A stretch of DNA of 64,000 bases from Mantamonas sphyraenae STR306 (GCA_026936335.1 JAPMXV010000021.1:62001-126000); one strand, 5' to 3'. Counted from the first letter of the stretch, positions 1-11,535 are shown. A program made the numbers and translations. Notes: generated from the sequence alone by a model not told the origin.

Positions 1-32
1 TCATTCCCTCTTGCTGACACTGAACGGAACGG

Positions 33-704
33 ATGCGCGTAGTGGGCGAAAAGAGCACGACGACAACAAGCACGGGCTTCAGCACGGCTGACGAACTGCT
101 GGCCAAGCTGCTGGCCGAGGAGCAGCAGATGTTGGAACGCAATGAGCAAATGGACGAGGCCATTGCTCGCAAGCTGGCTGCCGAGGCCGAGGCCGAGCGC
201 GCCATTGCTCAGCGCAAGGAAGCACAGGCGCGCCTGCAGAAGCTGCGCGCCCAGGCGGACGAAGCACTGGCCCAGTCTCTTTACCAGCAGGAGAAGGAGG
301 CTGTGGAGCAGCACGAGGCTGCAGGACTCAAGTACGTGGCGTGTGTGCATGTGTGAATGGCGAGAACAGAAGGGCAAACGGGTAGGGTGCGCGCCAAAAT
401 CGGATCAACGGTCACTGACACGCTCCTTGTTTGAATTCGTGTCCATCTCACCGCGTGCGTACGCATGCTGTGTGTGCACAGGCATGCCCAGCAGCTGGAG
501 GAGGCCATGCGCGAGTGGGAAGAGGTGGAGAAGAAGCAGATGGAGGAGGCTGACCTTGCCTTGGCGCGCAAGCTGGAGAAGGAATTGGGTTGCGAGGCCA
601 GTGTCGAGGACGAGGCCAACGACAAGGAAAACGGCTCCGGTTCCACCTCCAGCAAGACTGTGGGTCGCCTTAAGCGACTGTTCTCCCGTGGGAAGCTTGT
701 GTAA
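33..704 (+). CDS. Coiled-coil protein with repeated MIU-like (ubiquitin-binding) motifs, CCDC50-like; probably 5'-partial
   Basis: Exons 33-331 and 482-704; intron 332-481 (GTACGT...CAG), phase-compatible (AA|G). Four DxxxAxxL helices: DELLAKLLAEE, DEAIARKLAAE, DEALAQSLYQQE, DLALARKLEKE. Bases 1-42 contain CTGAC...TAG and may be an intron end, so the true start may lie upstream of the window. Confidence 0.6.
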
Positions 705-833
705 GCACAGCACACCCGGAATCTGGCATCGTGTGGACGGACGAGGGGCTTGACGCCCAAATTTTGTTCGTTCAGCGCATCCCACCGCATTTGCAAATCA
801 ATGTACAATCGTCACCTGTCCTCCTTTTCATCC

Positions 834-1913
834 CTACTTACTCTCTTCATGTGTGTGTTCCTGTGTGGCCAGGGCGTCGTGCAGGGTCGCCAACTGTTCG
901 GCGAGTGCGTCGTTGTGTGGATCAAGTTCCAGTGCACGCGTCATGCGTTGCAAGGCTGCTTGTTCGCACGCCTGTGCATCCTGCTGGCCCACAAGTTCAT
1001 GCTGGCCGCGTGAACACAGGGCAAGCATGGCACGTGCACACACATACTCTGTCTCTGCGTCGTCCGAGTTCTGTGGCACACACGAGGCCCAGTGTGCGGC
1101 TGCAGAGGCCCATGACCCGTGCTTTGGTTCGCACTCATCATCAGCGGTGCGTTGAAGCATTTGCACACAGGCGTCCAATGCCTGCACAGCAAAGGCTGTG
1201 TGTGAACTGGCAACGTCGTCGTCGTCGGGTACGAGTTCCAACCACGCAGCCAGCGTGGTTGCATCCACCACGTCCTGTACACTGCACTGACGGGTGTTGT
1301 ACACACGCAGACACAGGGTGGCGTATTCTACAGCCACCTCGGCGTCGTTCTGAAGGTCGCCCACTTCTTCCCAGCTCGCCTGGGCGTCCTGAAGCAAGTC
1401 CACAAACTCGTCGTCATGGCCATGGTCTTGCACAACCCCGTCAAGGTGCAGGTGCAACGCCACAGCCTGTTCCAAGATGATACGAGTGGTGCAGCGAGCC
1501 AACAAGCACCCGAGCTCCTTGAGTTGCCTCGTGTGCTCCTCCGTGTCGGCCACAGCCAGCATGTCGTCACACACGTCCTGAGCACGCTGGTTCAAGCCAC
1601 GTGCCTGGTGGAACAATGCTGGTTCCTCCTCCTCCATCCGTGCCAGCAGTTCGTACACACACGCGTGCCTGTGCCACGCCAGTACGGTGTCCACATCCAC
1701 CTTGGTCACCTTGACCCCATCCACCTGCGACGCATGCGCCCTGTCAAACCCGTCCTTGGCCTCCAGCAACATCACCATGGCCTCCACACCCTCCTCTCGC
1801 TCCGGATGTGCGTCAAGATACGCCACTGCCTGCTCCAACAACACCTGTGCCTCCTCCACCGTCCGACATGATGTGTCACCATGGCCCTCTCCACCCTTCC
1901 CCTCCACACTCAT
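834..1913 (-). CDS. Hypothetical all-alpha-helical (TPR-like) protein
   Basis: Open frame 834-2060. Likely ATG at 1913 (MSVEGK), since the longer start would overlap ribA. Amphipathic helical pattern, ending in TPR-like ALQRMTRALELDPHNDAL. Confidence 0.6.
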   Translation of the reverse strand: MSVEGKGGEGHGDTSCRTVEEAQVLLEQAVAYLDAHPEREEGVEAMVMLLEAKDGFDRAHASQVDGVKVTKVDVDTVLAWHRHACVYELLARMEEEEPALFHQARGLNQRAQDVCDDMLAVADTEEHTRQLKELGCLLARCTTRIILEQAVALHLHLDGVVQDHGHDDEFVDLLQDAQASWEEVGDLQNDAEVAVEYATLCLRVYNTRQCSVQDVVDATTLAAWLELVPDDDDVASSHTAFAVQALDACVQMLQRTADDECEPKHGSWASAAAHWASCVPQNSDDAETEYVCARAMLALCSRGQHELVGQQDAQACEQAALQRMTRALELDPHNDALAEQLATLHDALATQEHTHEESK

Positions 1914-1988
1914 GATCCTTGCGAAACCTTCTTGGGTGCCGACGCGCGGCCGGGCTCCGATGGGACCAAAGCAACACCTCCGTCTCAC

Positions 1989-3419
1989 ATGAGTGCCTCC
2001 AGCCTCATCTTTGACCAAGCAAGCGACATCCACACAGGGGACGACATGCAGAATCTGCACGAGGCCGATGCGTCCAAGGGCACCTCGCCCATGTCTGTGG
2101 CCTCGTCCTCATCCCACGACGAGACGGAAGCTTTCTCCGACGGTTCCATCGACACGGACGCCAAGGACTCGTTCGGTGTCGTCACCTTTGTGGCAGAAAC
2201 TCTACTGCCCACAGAAACAGGTGAGTTAATTGCGTCCCTTTCCCATCCCATCTCGGCCTGCACTGCGGCCGGAAAACTGCCAGCGGCGCCCTTGGGACGG
2301 AACATCTCTCCGCTTTTCAATTTCGGTTTCTCCTCCGAAACCGTCCGGCCTGCGCATGCGAACGGGCACATGTGCGGCCTGGTGCCCCTGCCCTTTGCAC
2401 ACTCCATCTCGAATTGTCCCGTATGCTGACTCGCGATCACTCGTCTGGCCCTCGTGTACAGGACATTACCGCGTGCGAGCGTACCGGAACCAACAGGACG
2501 GAACGGAACCTTTGGCCATTGTGTACGGTGCCGTGGAGGAACTCGAGGACGTGCCTGTCCGTGTCCACGACGCCTGCTTCACCAGCGAAACATTGGGTAA
2601 GTGAGCATCGGTGTGTGTGTCTGTGCCCTTCCCGGGAGACTGCCTGCGACATTCCGTATCCGTTCGCCTGCGCTGGGCACTCGAAACCTGCCGCGGCACT
2701 TTTCTGCTCCACGTGGGCTCCTTGGTGCCAAGTTAACGCACCGACGTTGTGTAACTTGAAGTTTCGACGGCCGTCGCACACTTTGTTGAGGGTGCGCGTG
2801 TGTGTGTGTGGCGTACCTGGGGCCGCAGCCACGTGCACGCGGGAGAGAAAAACACTGTGCTGACACGTACAGCCCTGCATACCGCCTGCCACCTGCCACA
2901 CACATCACAGGCTCGCTCAAGTGTGACTGCAAGTTGCAACTGGAGTATGCCATGCGGTATATCAGAGAGCATGGGCCGGGAGTAGTAATCTATTTGCAGC
3001 AGGAGGGCCGAGGCATCGGCCTGGCGAACAAAATCGCGGCGTATCGTCTGCAGGAGGATGGCGTGGACACTGTCGATGCCAACCGCATGCTGGGTCTGCC
3101 CGACGACTCACGGGAGTACCTCGTGGCCAAGGAGATACTTGACGACTTGGACATCCGCAGTGTGGCGCTGCTGACGAACAACCCACGCAAAATCGACAAA
3201 CTCACGGGCCTGGGCATCAAAATCACCAAACGACTGCCGGTGGTGGTGCAGACAAACGTACACAGCCACGGCTATCTGCAGGCCAAGGCACGTCGCATGA
3301 AACACATGCTCAATGGCTACGACGACAGCGACTCCACGGGCGACGACGACGACGACGACACCGAGGACGACACCGAGGACGAGGATAACGCCAGCGAGGC
3401 GACACAAGAGAGCATGTGA
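1989..3419 (+). CDS. ribA: GTP cyclohydrolase II (riboflavin biosynthesis)
   Basis: Exons 1989-2220, 2462-2596, 2911-3419; both introns phase 1 (GTGAGT..CAG, GTAAGT..CAG). The spliced product has LPTETG, RVHDACFTSETLGSLKCDC (Zn-binding cysteines), QEGRGIGLANK, DTVDAN and LLTNNPRK. Confidence 0.95.
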
Positions 3420-3673
3420 GGGCACTTGTGTGGGGAATGGGGCAATGAAAATTGGGGATCAACAAGACAAGAAACTGCGCCTCAACCCAACACGCACTTC
3501 TTGCACACTCTCGTGCAACAGTACACATAGTATGTGTTGCAGAGCATTGGTACAGCCGTTTCAGGATGGCCTTCCTCGGTGGACATTTTCAAGTCACATT
3601 GCTGCAGCCACCGACCAACCCAACCAATCCACCTCACCTCCCGTCAGGGTTCCACGCGCGTACTAACTGCACC

Positions 3674-5200
3674 ATGGTCTTCCAATGGGGCAACCGTGTG
3701 GTGTCCTGGAGGTCATTGGTCCATGCCGGCACCTTTGTGCTTTGGCATGGTTTGCTGGTTGTGGGCATGGTGGACATGGCGGACTCGCCAGGCACTCTGG
3801 CTGCAGGCTTTGTTCTCCTCTTGCTTTCACCTCTGTTCTACTTCCTCCTCTTCCTGCCTCGTACCAAGTGGCGCAAGGACATCCTGGTCGCGTTTGAGTT
3901 TCACGGCGTGGACGAGCGTGGCAGTTTCCTGGATTTCACCCCGTTTGTACAGCCCCTGCGCGTGTGGTGGGACTCGTTGCAAGAGGTGGATGCCAGCGAA
4001 CGTCAGGGTTGGTCCATGATGCCCAGCAGCCACCGACACAACATCCCTTCACTGGAGTTCGTCGACGCCAAACACCTTCAACTCGTCACAGGCTCCCGCA
4101 CCCTTCTGCAAGACACTGTGCGACGTGCAAACCAACGTCTGCGTGAAGTGCGTGCCGCTTCCCTCATTGCCATCTTTCTCTTTCTCATGGCCCTCATCTC
4201 TCTGGTGTGGCGCTCCCAGTACGTGGACACCGTGCGCGTGCTCACCACCCTCAACGTGTGCGGCATGTTCCTGGACGTTGTCATCAGCGCCTATGCCGTC
4301 TATATGCTGGTGCCACTGATCCACATCACCCACGAGTCCCTGGTGGATGGCGCAGGGCTACTCGGCATGGTCACCATGGGCGGTGAATTCGCACGCGCCA
4401 GCCTCAACCAAATTGAGGTCTGGTCAAGGCCCTACACGGGCGACACGTACCAAACCGAGTGTGCGGACCAGCCCGTGTACTGTTACATCACGTTTGCCTT
4501 TAGTGGCGCCTACTTGCTCATTGCCTGCGTCTGGCTTGTGCTCATCTGGCGTGCTGTCAACACCCGACGTTGGATGCGCATTGGTGCCTCTGTCATTGTT
4601 CTCTTCTACACCTTTCTCGGATCCGTGTTTCCCCTCTTCATTGCCGTCAGCCTGTCGTGCTTGGACCTGGGCACTTTCCGCTTTGCCACCTACAACTTCC
4701 TGCTTGCCAAGCAGTTTCACAACGGCCGCATGGCCACTGGCCACTCGCACCTGGGCAAAGCGTACACAGCTGCCCACGACGCCACTTCCCGCGAGTATTG
4801 CGCCCAGGGCGTCGACACCATGCCCTTTCTCATCCGCTTTTTCGAGATTCCCATCATCAACCAGGACTGGGTCATCCATGTGTGGTACCCTTTCTACCAA
4901 ACCTGTCTGCGCATCTATGTCCTGGTTGTCTTGCTACTCGAAACGGCGTCCACCACCGTTACATTGATCGGCTACACCCAAAATTTCTCCCTCCCCGCCA
5001 ACGAGATCACCTCCACCGCACCCTTCGCCCTGTACACATACATCATGGCCGGTTTCCACTACCTGTGCCTCGTCATCTTTTCCGTCCTCATCCTGCGTCT
5101 CATGTACCTTGTGCCCATCGAACGCCGAAATCGTCGCACAAACGCACGCCACCTACGCTACCAACGTCGCAGGACACACCATGGGCGCCGTCGCCAATGA
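3674..5200 (+). CDS. Polytopic membrane protein of unknown family (paralogue of 11612-13294)
   Basis: Long ORF 3452-5200; best ATG context accATGg at 3674. About 8-9 hydrophobic segments and a basic C-terminal tail. Shares ordered motifs with the gene at 11612-13294. Confidence 0.8.
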   Translation: MVFQWGNRVVSWRSLVHAGTFVLWHGLLVVGMVDMADSPGTLAAGFVLLLLSPLFYFLLFLPRTKWRKDILVAFEFHGVDERGSFLDFTPFVQPLRVWWDSLQEVDASERQGWSMMPSSHRHNIPSLEFVDAKHLQLVTGSRTLLQDTVRRANQRLREVRAASLIAIFLFLMALISLVWRSQYVDTVRVLTTLNVCGMFLDVVISAYAVYMLVPLIHITHESLVDGAGLLGMVTMGGEFARASLNQIEVWSRPYTGDTYQTECADQPVYCYITFAFSGAYLLIACVWLVLIWRAVNTRRWMRIGASVIVLFYTFLGSVFPLFIAVSLSCLDLGTFRFATYNFLLAKQFHNGRMATGHSHLGKAYTAAHDATSREYCAQGVDTMPFLIRFFEIPIINQDWVIHVWYPFYQTCLRIYVLVVLLLETASTTVTLIGYTQNFSLPANEITSTAPFALYTYIMAGFHYLCLVIFSVLILRLMYLVPIERRNRRTNARHLRYQRRRTHHGRRRQ

Positions 5201-5274
5201 CTTCCTGGACGCATGACGCCCCCCTCCCCCCCCCCTTCCCCCCTTTGGCCACAATCCATCCATCCATCTCACGT

Positions 5275-6523
5275 TCACCTGGTGCGGAAGCTCGAGTTGC
5301 CTCTGCTTCGCTGGGTCATGGCCTCCAGCCGCTTCCGCACCTGCTGCTGTGTGGCAATGCGCACCTGTGTGGCACTCAGTTGCTGCAGTTCTCCCTTGCG
5401 TGGGCTGTGTGCCAGCGTCTGCACGTACTTGGTGTACGTTCGTCCCTGCTCTCGTCCGTGATCCACACTAATGAACTCGTGGCTGGTGTCCACATACTCG
5501 TCCTCATTGCCCTTCTTGCGCACAATGCGGTTGAGGGGCACGTGCGTGTGGAACTCCCCATGCAGCTCTCGTTCCGGTTTGCGCTCTCGGAACTGCAGTG
5601 TCCTGTCCGACGGTGGCACATACGCCTCCTGCATGCGCAGGCTCTGTCCCGTGCGTTGGATGCTCACCCGCTGATTGGTGCGTCCCTCCTGCGCACGCAG
5701 CACTGCTTTGAGGTACGCCTCATCCCTCCGTCGCCTCACCTGCGGCAACTTGGTGCTGCGTGTCGTTGTCGTCATCCCTGTCATGGCCGACTGACCCGTG
5801 CGTGGCCGCTTGTCAAGCACCAACACCTCGCTCTTGCTTCCCTTGCCCCTGCCCTGCTGCGAACGGATGCTCTGCCGCTCCCGACGTCGCTGCGCTCGTT
5901 CGCGCCGCTTTGCCGTCCCTGTGCGTTGTTTGCCCTTGTCTGTGTCTTCCCCGTGGGCATTCAACAGTGTCGTGTCTTGGTAGCTGATCTTTTGCATCAC
6001 AAAGTCCCCTCCGAGCTCCCGTTCCTTGCGTCGTGGTCGCATTTCAATCTTGTACGGGTCTCTGTACGGGCTGTCCTTCTTCAACGCATCCTCATGCTTG
6101 CTGTGCCACTCTTTCTTGCGTCCGTGTTGTCTGTGCCTGCGTGTCAGTGCCACTGTCTCCATGCCTGTGTCACTCCCGGCCACCCTTGATCCACCAACGG
6201 TCACTTGCTGGCTCCCTCTCCTCCCCTTTCCCTTCCCCCCGCGCTCCACACACAATGTCGTACCTGCCCCGTTTGCGATCCAATTCGGCCACGTCCTTGC
6301 TGCGACTATACGTGCGCATATCTTGCGTCTGTTCCAGCAACGCCACATAGGGGTCTGGCAAGCGCAGCTCGTTCTCCTGCAGCCAGCCCTTTACCCGCTC
6401 CTCGTACCGCCGTGCCAAACGAGCATTCCTCGCACGGTGCTTCTCTGCATCAAACGTCTCCACTCGCTTCACCTCCACCAGTGCCTCCTTCAATTGCTTC
6501 TCTGCAAGCGAGCGGTTAAACAT
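5275..6523 (-). CDS. Hypothetical basic, hydrophilic protein
   Basis: Exons 6523-6264 and 6136-5275; intron GTACGA...CTGACACGCAG in phase 2 joins ORFs 6170-6523 and 5275-6348 (373 aa). No family recognised. Confidence 0.65.
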
Positions 6524-6566
6524 TGTTTTTGTTGGTGCCGTGTGTCATCTTTCCCCCCGTCCCCCT

Positions 6567-8372
6567 TCACTTGCCACGTCCTGGCAAAGAGCTCTTGAAG
6601 CCCGCATTGTTGGAAAACAGGTCGTCCTTCATGGCCTTGTCCAGTTTGCGTTGCAACGGGTTCACCAACTCCATGCCCTGGGAGCTGGCAAAGGCAATCG
6701 ACGACGCCATGCCGCTGATGTTCGACTGACCCGCACTGACGCCCGCAAGCTTGCGCTTCTTGGCCTGTTTGTTCAATGCACTTCCTCCAAAGGCACCCGA
6801 GGAGGAGGAGGAGGAGCCATCACCGCCAGAGTGCAAGCGCAGGCTTCCTCCCTGGCCCAGCATGCCCAATCCCTCCTCTTCGTCCAGGTAACCATACGAC
6901 TGTTCCGCATCCACGCCAAACTTGACACGTCCACTCATCTTTTCCATCTCCGTCATGGCCATGCGCTCCTTGCGCTTGCGCACACGCTTGCCCGCACGCC
7001 TGGACTTGGGCTTCATGTCTGGCACAGGCAATGGCTTGGGCTTCTTTGCCGGCGGCGGTTCCTGCCACTTTTCGATTTTGCTTCGACACAGCTCGTGCAG
7101 TGCCCTGCCCGTTGAACCATCCCTGTGCTGGTGTGAGGCGTCGACACGTGCAGCCAGTGCCGCCTTGTTCGCCACCAGCTGGATGGCCTTCTTCTGCAAC
7201 CCCAACGGCGTCTCCTGCACCAATTGGCTCATGTACACAAACCCTGGCCGCACACGTGCGGTGATGGTGGACAGGCCACCGAGATTCAGTTTGCCCACGC
7301 CCAACGCCGTCAGGTTGCACGAGGGCATGTTGGCCAACGCCTTGAGACCACCTGCTGCGGCCATAAGACGTGCAGCAACCTCGGATCCCACCAGTTCCGA
7401 CATGTTGGGTGCAATGTACTGCATGCGCGACTCGACAAACGACACAATCGTGCTCTTGTCCTTCTCCAGCTGCAATGCCTCCTCTGCACCCTGCCTCACT
7501 CGCCCCAACTGCTCCTCACTCAACAAGTCTCCCTGTGTGGTGGAAATACTCAGTGCCACGTTCATCACCGCCGCCGACGGCAGCGTGTGGCTCAGGTCCA
7601 CATTGGTGATGTCTGTTTCGTTGCCCAGCACAAGCACCGTCCGGCAGTAGTCAAGCTGTGATGGTGAGACACGGTGGGATGAACCAAGAAAGGAGAGGGA
7701 TGGCGGCGTGCGTACGATGTGTCAGTCGACCTGGACAGCAGGGAGCCGGCGGCGGGTGGGGTGGTGGGTGGGGGGAACGCAACCTACCGGGTTTGGAACC
7801 AACGATGCAAGCTCGGGGAAGCGGGCATTGTAGGCGTCGCAGACAAATTTGTGTGCGGCCACGATTTCATCGTCGATGCGCACCGTCAGTTCGTTGGCTC
7901 GCACAACCAGTCGGTACTCCGGGTGGTCCTCGACAACGCCGCTCATCTCAAGCGTCGTCTTCTTCAGGCCCTTCTGCACAAGGTCCAGCATCTCGTCCAG
8001 TTCGCCACTCGTGCGCAAGTGCACCGTCTCGTATACAGTGCCCTCCACATCGTCTGAACCCGTGTGTGATGATGAGGACGACGACGACGACGTTGTTCCC
8101 TGTGTCGCAGCGCGCTTTCCGGCCGCCTTTGCATCTGCGCCCCCCTCGTCCTCAATGTCCAGCGGATCGTCGTCCAGTGCATCGAGTTCACTCAGCAGTG
8201 CTGCCGTGCCTCCCGTCGGCGCCCCATCTTCGTCATTGTCATCCCCATTGTCGATAAACTCTTCGTCGTCGTCGTCCTCGCCTTCCTGGCCCATCCCCAG
8301 CCCAGACCCATCCTCCTGCGCCTGTTTGCTCCCTTCAATCTCTGCCAGAAATGCGTCGGCCAACGTGGACAT
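6567..8372 (-). CDS. PRPF31: Pre-mRNA splicing factor PRP31 (U4/U6 snRNP, NOSIC/Nop domain)
   Basis: Exons 8372-7788 and 7655-6567; intron GTAGGT...CAG, phase 0. Motifs MSTLADAFL, DHPEYRLVVRAN, RFPELASLVPNP|LDYC, IAPNMS, MPSCN, KWQEPPP, RRAGKRVRKRKER, SGMASSIAF..QGMELVNP. Confidence 0.97.
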
Positions 8373-8427
8373 GGTCGACAGCCGATGGGAATGGATGTGT
8401 TGCGCGGGGTGGCGCAAGACGACGACC

Positions 8428-9580
8428 ATGGAGGAGAACACACCGCGTGGGTTGATCCGTGCGGCGACGGCAAGAGAGCGCCAGAGTGCGGAACAACGAC
8501 GGCAGGTGGCACGGGAGGAGTATCTGCGTCGGGTGGCAGAGGCAGCAGAGAGGGAAGCAGGAGGAGGAGGAGGAGGAGGAGAAGTGGAAGAGTCGACACC
8601 CACACAGAGACAGAGAAGGGCACAGGGAGGCACACCGGGAAGCAGCACACGCACGCGGGGACAGAGCAGACGTGGGATCACTCTGGCGGCGTTGCAGCAG
8701 TTGGACAAAGCAACGCCGCGCGGGTTGATCCGCTCGCTGACAACACAACCGCCTGGGTCGAGCGGGAAGCGAGGAAGGGGAACGAAACGCACACGGGAAG
8801 AAGTGACACCAAGGACAATGTTGCGGAACGTGATTGCACAGGGTAGGTGTGGGGTGTGGGGGTGTGAGGGTGGGAAAATGGTCGGGCGGGGTGGGCTGAC
8901 ACTTTTGGCGGGAAATCCGTGCAGCGCGGGAAGAGGAAAAGGGCAGGCTGTTGGACACGGAGACATACACAGCAGCACAGGGGACAGGAAGGGCAGGAGA
9001 CGGGAGTGCACAGAAGCGACAGCGTGTGGGAGGGACATTTGCAGGAGGGACACCAGGAAGTGTGGTGTCGTTGGGAGGGGTCAGTGTGCGCAGCACGCCT
9101 GTGCATGCACTGAGTGGATTGGGAGCGACACTGGGCAACAGTGTGGCAGCAGCATCGTCGATGCTGGCAAAGCGGGGGCCGTATCAGAAGCGGCAGACTG
9201 TACGAGTGGCAAGCGACGGGACAGAGCTGCCGAACCTGAGTGAGCTGCACTTTGGCAAGCTGTTGCAGAATGCATCACACCTGCAGGTGGCAGGCAGTGC
9301 GGTGGACGCGATGATGGAAGCGGTGTATGAGCTGTGTGAACAGGTGGCAGGGGATCTGCAGGCGTTGGCGGAGCATCGGGGCAAGAAGATAGTGACACGG
9401 AAGGATGCAGGGTTGCTGATGGTGAGACAGCAGAACAGGGCAACAGCATCAGGGGCGTCGTTGCAGGAGCTGGCTCACATGCACTTGCCCGCAGAAGTGG
9501 TGGACGTGCTGTTGCCGCAGGCGTTTGCAGGGAACAAGGTGCGGATGCGAGGGGCAGAGCAGGGGGAGGAGGAGAGGTGA
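8428..9580 (+). CDS. CENPT: Centromere protein T (CENP-T/Cnn1), copy 1
   Basis: Exons 8428-8842 and 8925-9580 (intron GTAGGT..CTGAC..CAG, phase 1). Three N-terminal TPRxL/M helices; C-terminal histone fold DLQALAEHRGKKIVTRKDAGLLMVRQ plus the CENP-T extension HLPAEVVDVLLPQAFAGNKV. Confidence 0.88.
8903..8915. promoter_or_regulatory. E2F-type motif TTTTGGCGGGAAA in CENP-T copy 1 intron
   Basis: Matches the E2F consensus on both strands (TTTGGCGG and TTTCCCGC). Function is inferred. Confidence 0.55.
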
Positions 9581-9754
9581 GAGAGGAGGTGAGGAGATGG
9601 GGATGGAAGCTGGAATGAATTGACGATGTCCGTGGGCAGTTGAACGCGACCTTCAGTGAGGCTCTCGTTCCACAGCTTCGGGACTCTTGCAAGACATGGA
9701 ACACGTGCCATCGCGCATTACCCCAAGGGAACACTGAAGGGACACTGGCACGCG

Positions 9755-11415
9755 ATGGGGAGCAAGCAAAACGCGCGGAAGGGCGCAGACGAACAAGCAA
9801 AGGGAGCGATGAGTCGCAAGGTGGTGAAGAAGCGACGGGTGGATGTGCTGGATGGCAACGACACAGAGAATGGGCAATCGGGTGTGCACAAACAATTGGA
9901 GGAGCCTGTGGAGGGACTGAGCTGGTGGGAACAGAACCGCAAAGTGAGGCCTCCTGTGACGGACACGAGCGAGAGCAAGCTGAGTGTCAAGGACATCAAT
10001 CAGGAACTGACGTGTCCTGTGTGTTTGGGCGTGATGACGGAACCCATGACGGCGATGGAGTGTCTGCATCGGTTCTGTGCCGAGTGCATCAACTCGGCGT
10101 TGCGGGTGTCGAACCGAGAGTGTCCAGCATGCAGAACCAAGCTGGCAAGTCGGCGATCGTTGCGGAACGACAGCATGTTTGCAGGACTGATTGCAGCAGT
10201 GCATCCGAATCTGGAGGAGTTTAAGAGTCTGGAGGACGAGCTGCTGGAAGAGGTGTCACAAAGCAACATGAACTACCTGGACACCGTGCGGGAGGGGCTG
10301 CAACGGCAGGCACTGCAACGGGGCACACGGGTGGTGAGTGGAGAGTGGGGATGGGGATGGGAGAGGAAGGGGAAGGGGGTTGGGATGGAGATGGAGGGGG
10401 GGGGGTGGGGAAGGAAGGAGAGGAGAGAGGGGAAGCAAACTCAACGCGAGACAAGTGGGCGGGTGGGACGAGGAAGGGGGGTAAGGGGTGAAAAGGTGGA
10501 AGGGGATTGGCTGACACAGGATGAAACACACACACACACACGCACACATGGTTGGATATGGTGGGATGGAACATGATGGGGAGGCAGACCAAGAAGGATG
10601 TGCTGGGATCGGAGCACGTGAGCAACAGCGGAGGATACGGAAACACAGGAGGAGGGACGAGTGGTGGAGGCAAGGGACGCAAGGGAACAAAGGGAGGGAA
10701 GGGCAAACAAAAGGGGGGCAAGAGCAGCGGAAAGAGCAGTGGAAAGAGCACAGGGAAGAGCAGTGGTGGAAGTGGAAGCAGCAAAAAGAGCAAGAGCAAG
10801 CCTCGGAAGACGGGAAGCGAAAGCAACTATCCAATGCTGCAGCCTGGAGCGATGATGGGAGAGGATGGGATGGATGTGGAGGGAACAGGGAGTGGAGGGA
10901 GCAAGAAAGGGGGCAAGGGAGGAGCAGGACGGGGACGACCCAAGGGGGACAAGGTGCAGAACGGATCATCATCGTCATCGTCATCGTCATCGTCGTCGTC
11001 ATCGACAGGAGTGTCTGTGGTGCCACGAAGCAGGAGGGAAGCAGGAGCGTTGGGACAACAGATTGCACGGGTGGCAGGGGAACATGTGCAGGGCAAGGGC
11101 AAAGGGGGCAGTGGACTGCGACGGAGGATGGAAGAGCTTGTGGTGTGTCTGTCGCCTGTGCCCAACACAAGCTTGGATGTGGCGGAGTTGCAACTGGCAC
11201 ACCCGTATCTGAAGCTGGCAGGGACGGTGCGGATGAAGCACCTGTGCCAGTATCTGGAGTGCAAGTGGGGCATGCGGCCTGTGGATGGGTGGCAGTTGTA
11301 CACGATGCACAAGCGACAGTTGTATCCGTGTGATGCAGAGACGAGTGTGAGCGAGGTGATGACCACACGGCCTGACCATGTCAAGAAGGAGCTGCAAATG
11401 TACTATGGTGCGTGA
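9755..11415 (+). CDS. RING1: Polycomb PRC1 E3 ligase RING1/RNF2 (RING + RAWUL), copy 1
   Basis: Exons 9755-10333 and 10588-11415 (GTGAGT..CAG, phase 0). RING ELTCPVCL..ECLHRFCAECI..ALRVSNRECPACRTKLASRRSLR follows the RING1A/B consensus; EGLQRQA helix; C-terminal RAWUL-like HPYLKLAGTVRMKHLCQYL...LQMYY. Confidence 0.93.
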
Positions 11416-11437
11416 GGAGTGTGCCATTTCCGTGTAC

Positions 11438-11535
11438 TTATGACGCAGATGCCAGAAAGGTGTTGTCCATGAGGATGATGAAGCCGGCCGCAGCCATGAT
11501 GCCGATGTTGATGTACAGGGCGACGATGTTGACGC
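11438..11535 (-). pseudogene. Duplicated 3' fragment (about 30 codons, last TM helix) of CLN3/battenin
   Basis: Reverse complement of 14652-14746 (VNIVALYINIGIMAAAGFIILMDNTFLASA); identity stops abruptly at 11535; ends ASAS* instead of ASA*. Confidence 0.85.

Larger units (their letters stand above)
8396..9608 (+). repeat. Inverted duplication arm A-left (CENP-T), pairs with ~17612-18804
   Basis: Near-identical reverse complement, including the intron and upstream palindrome. Confidence 0.95.
9723..11535 (+). repeat. Inverted duplication arm B-left (RING1 + CLN3 tail), pairs with 14652-~16453
   Basis: Near-identical reverse complement, including the intron and (CA)n tract. Confidence 0.95.

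Noticed and set aside
2221-2461. Canonical FMN riboswitch in the ribA intron
   Set aside because: The conserved FMN aptamer core sequences are not visible on the sense strand.
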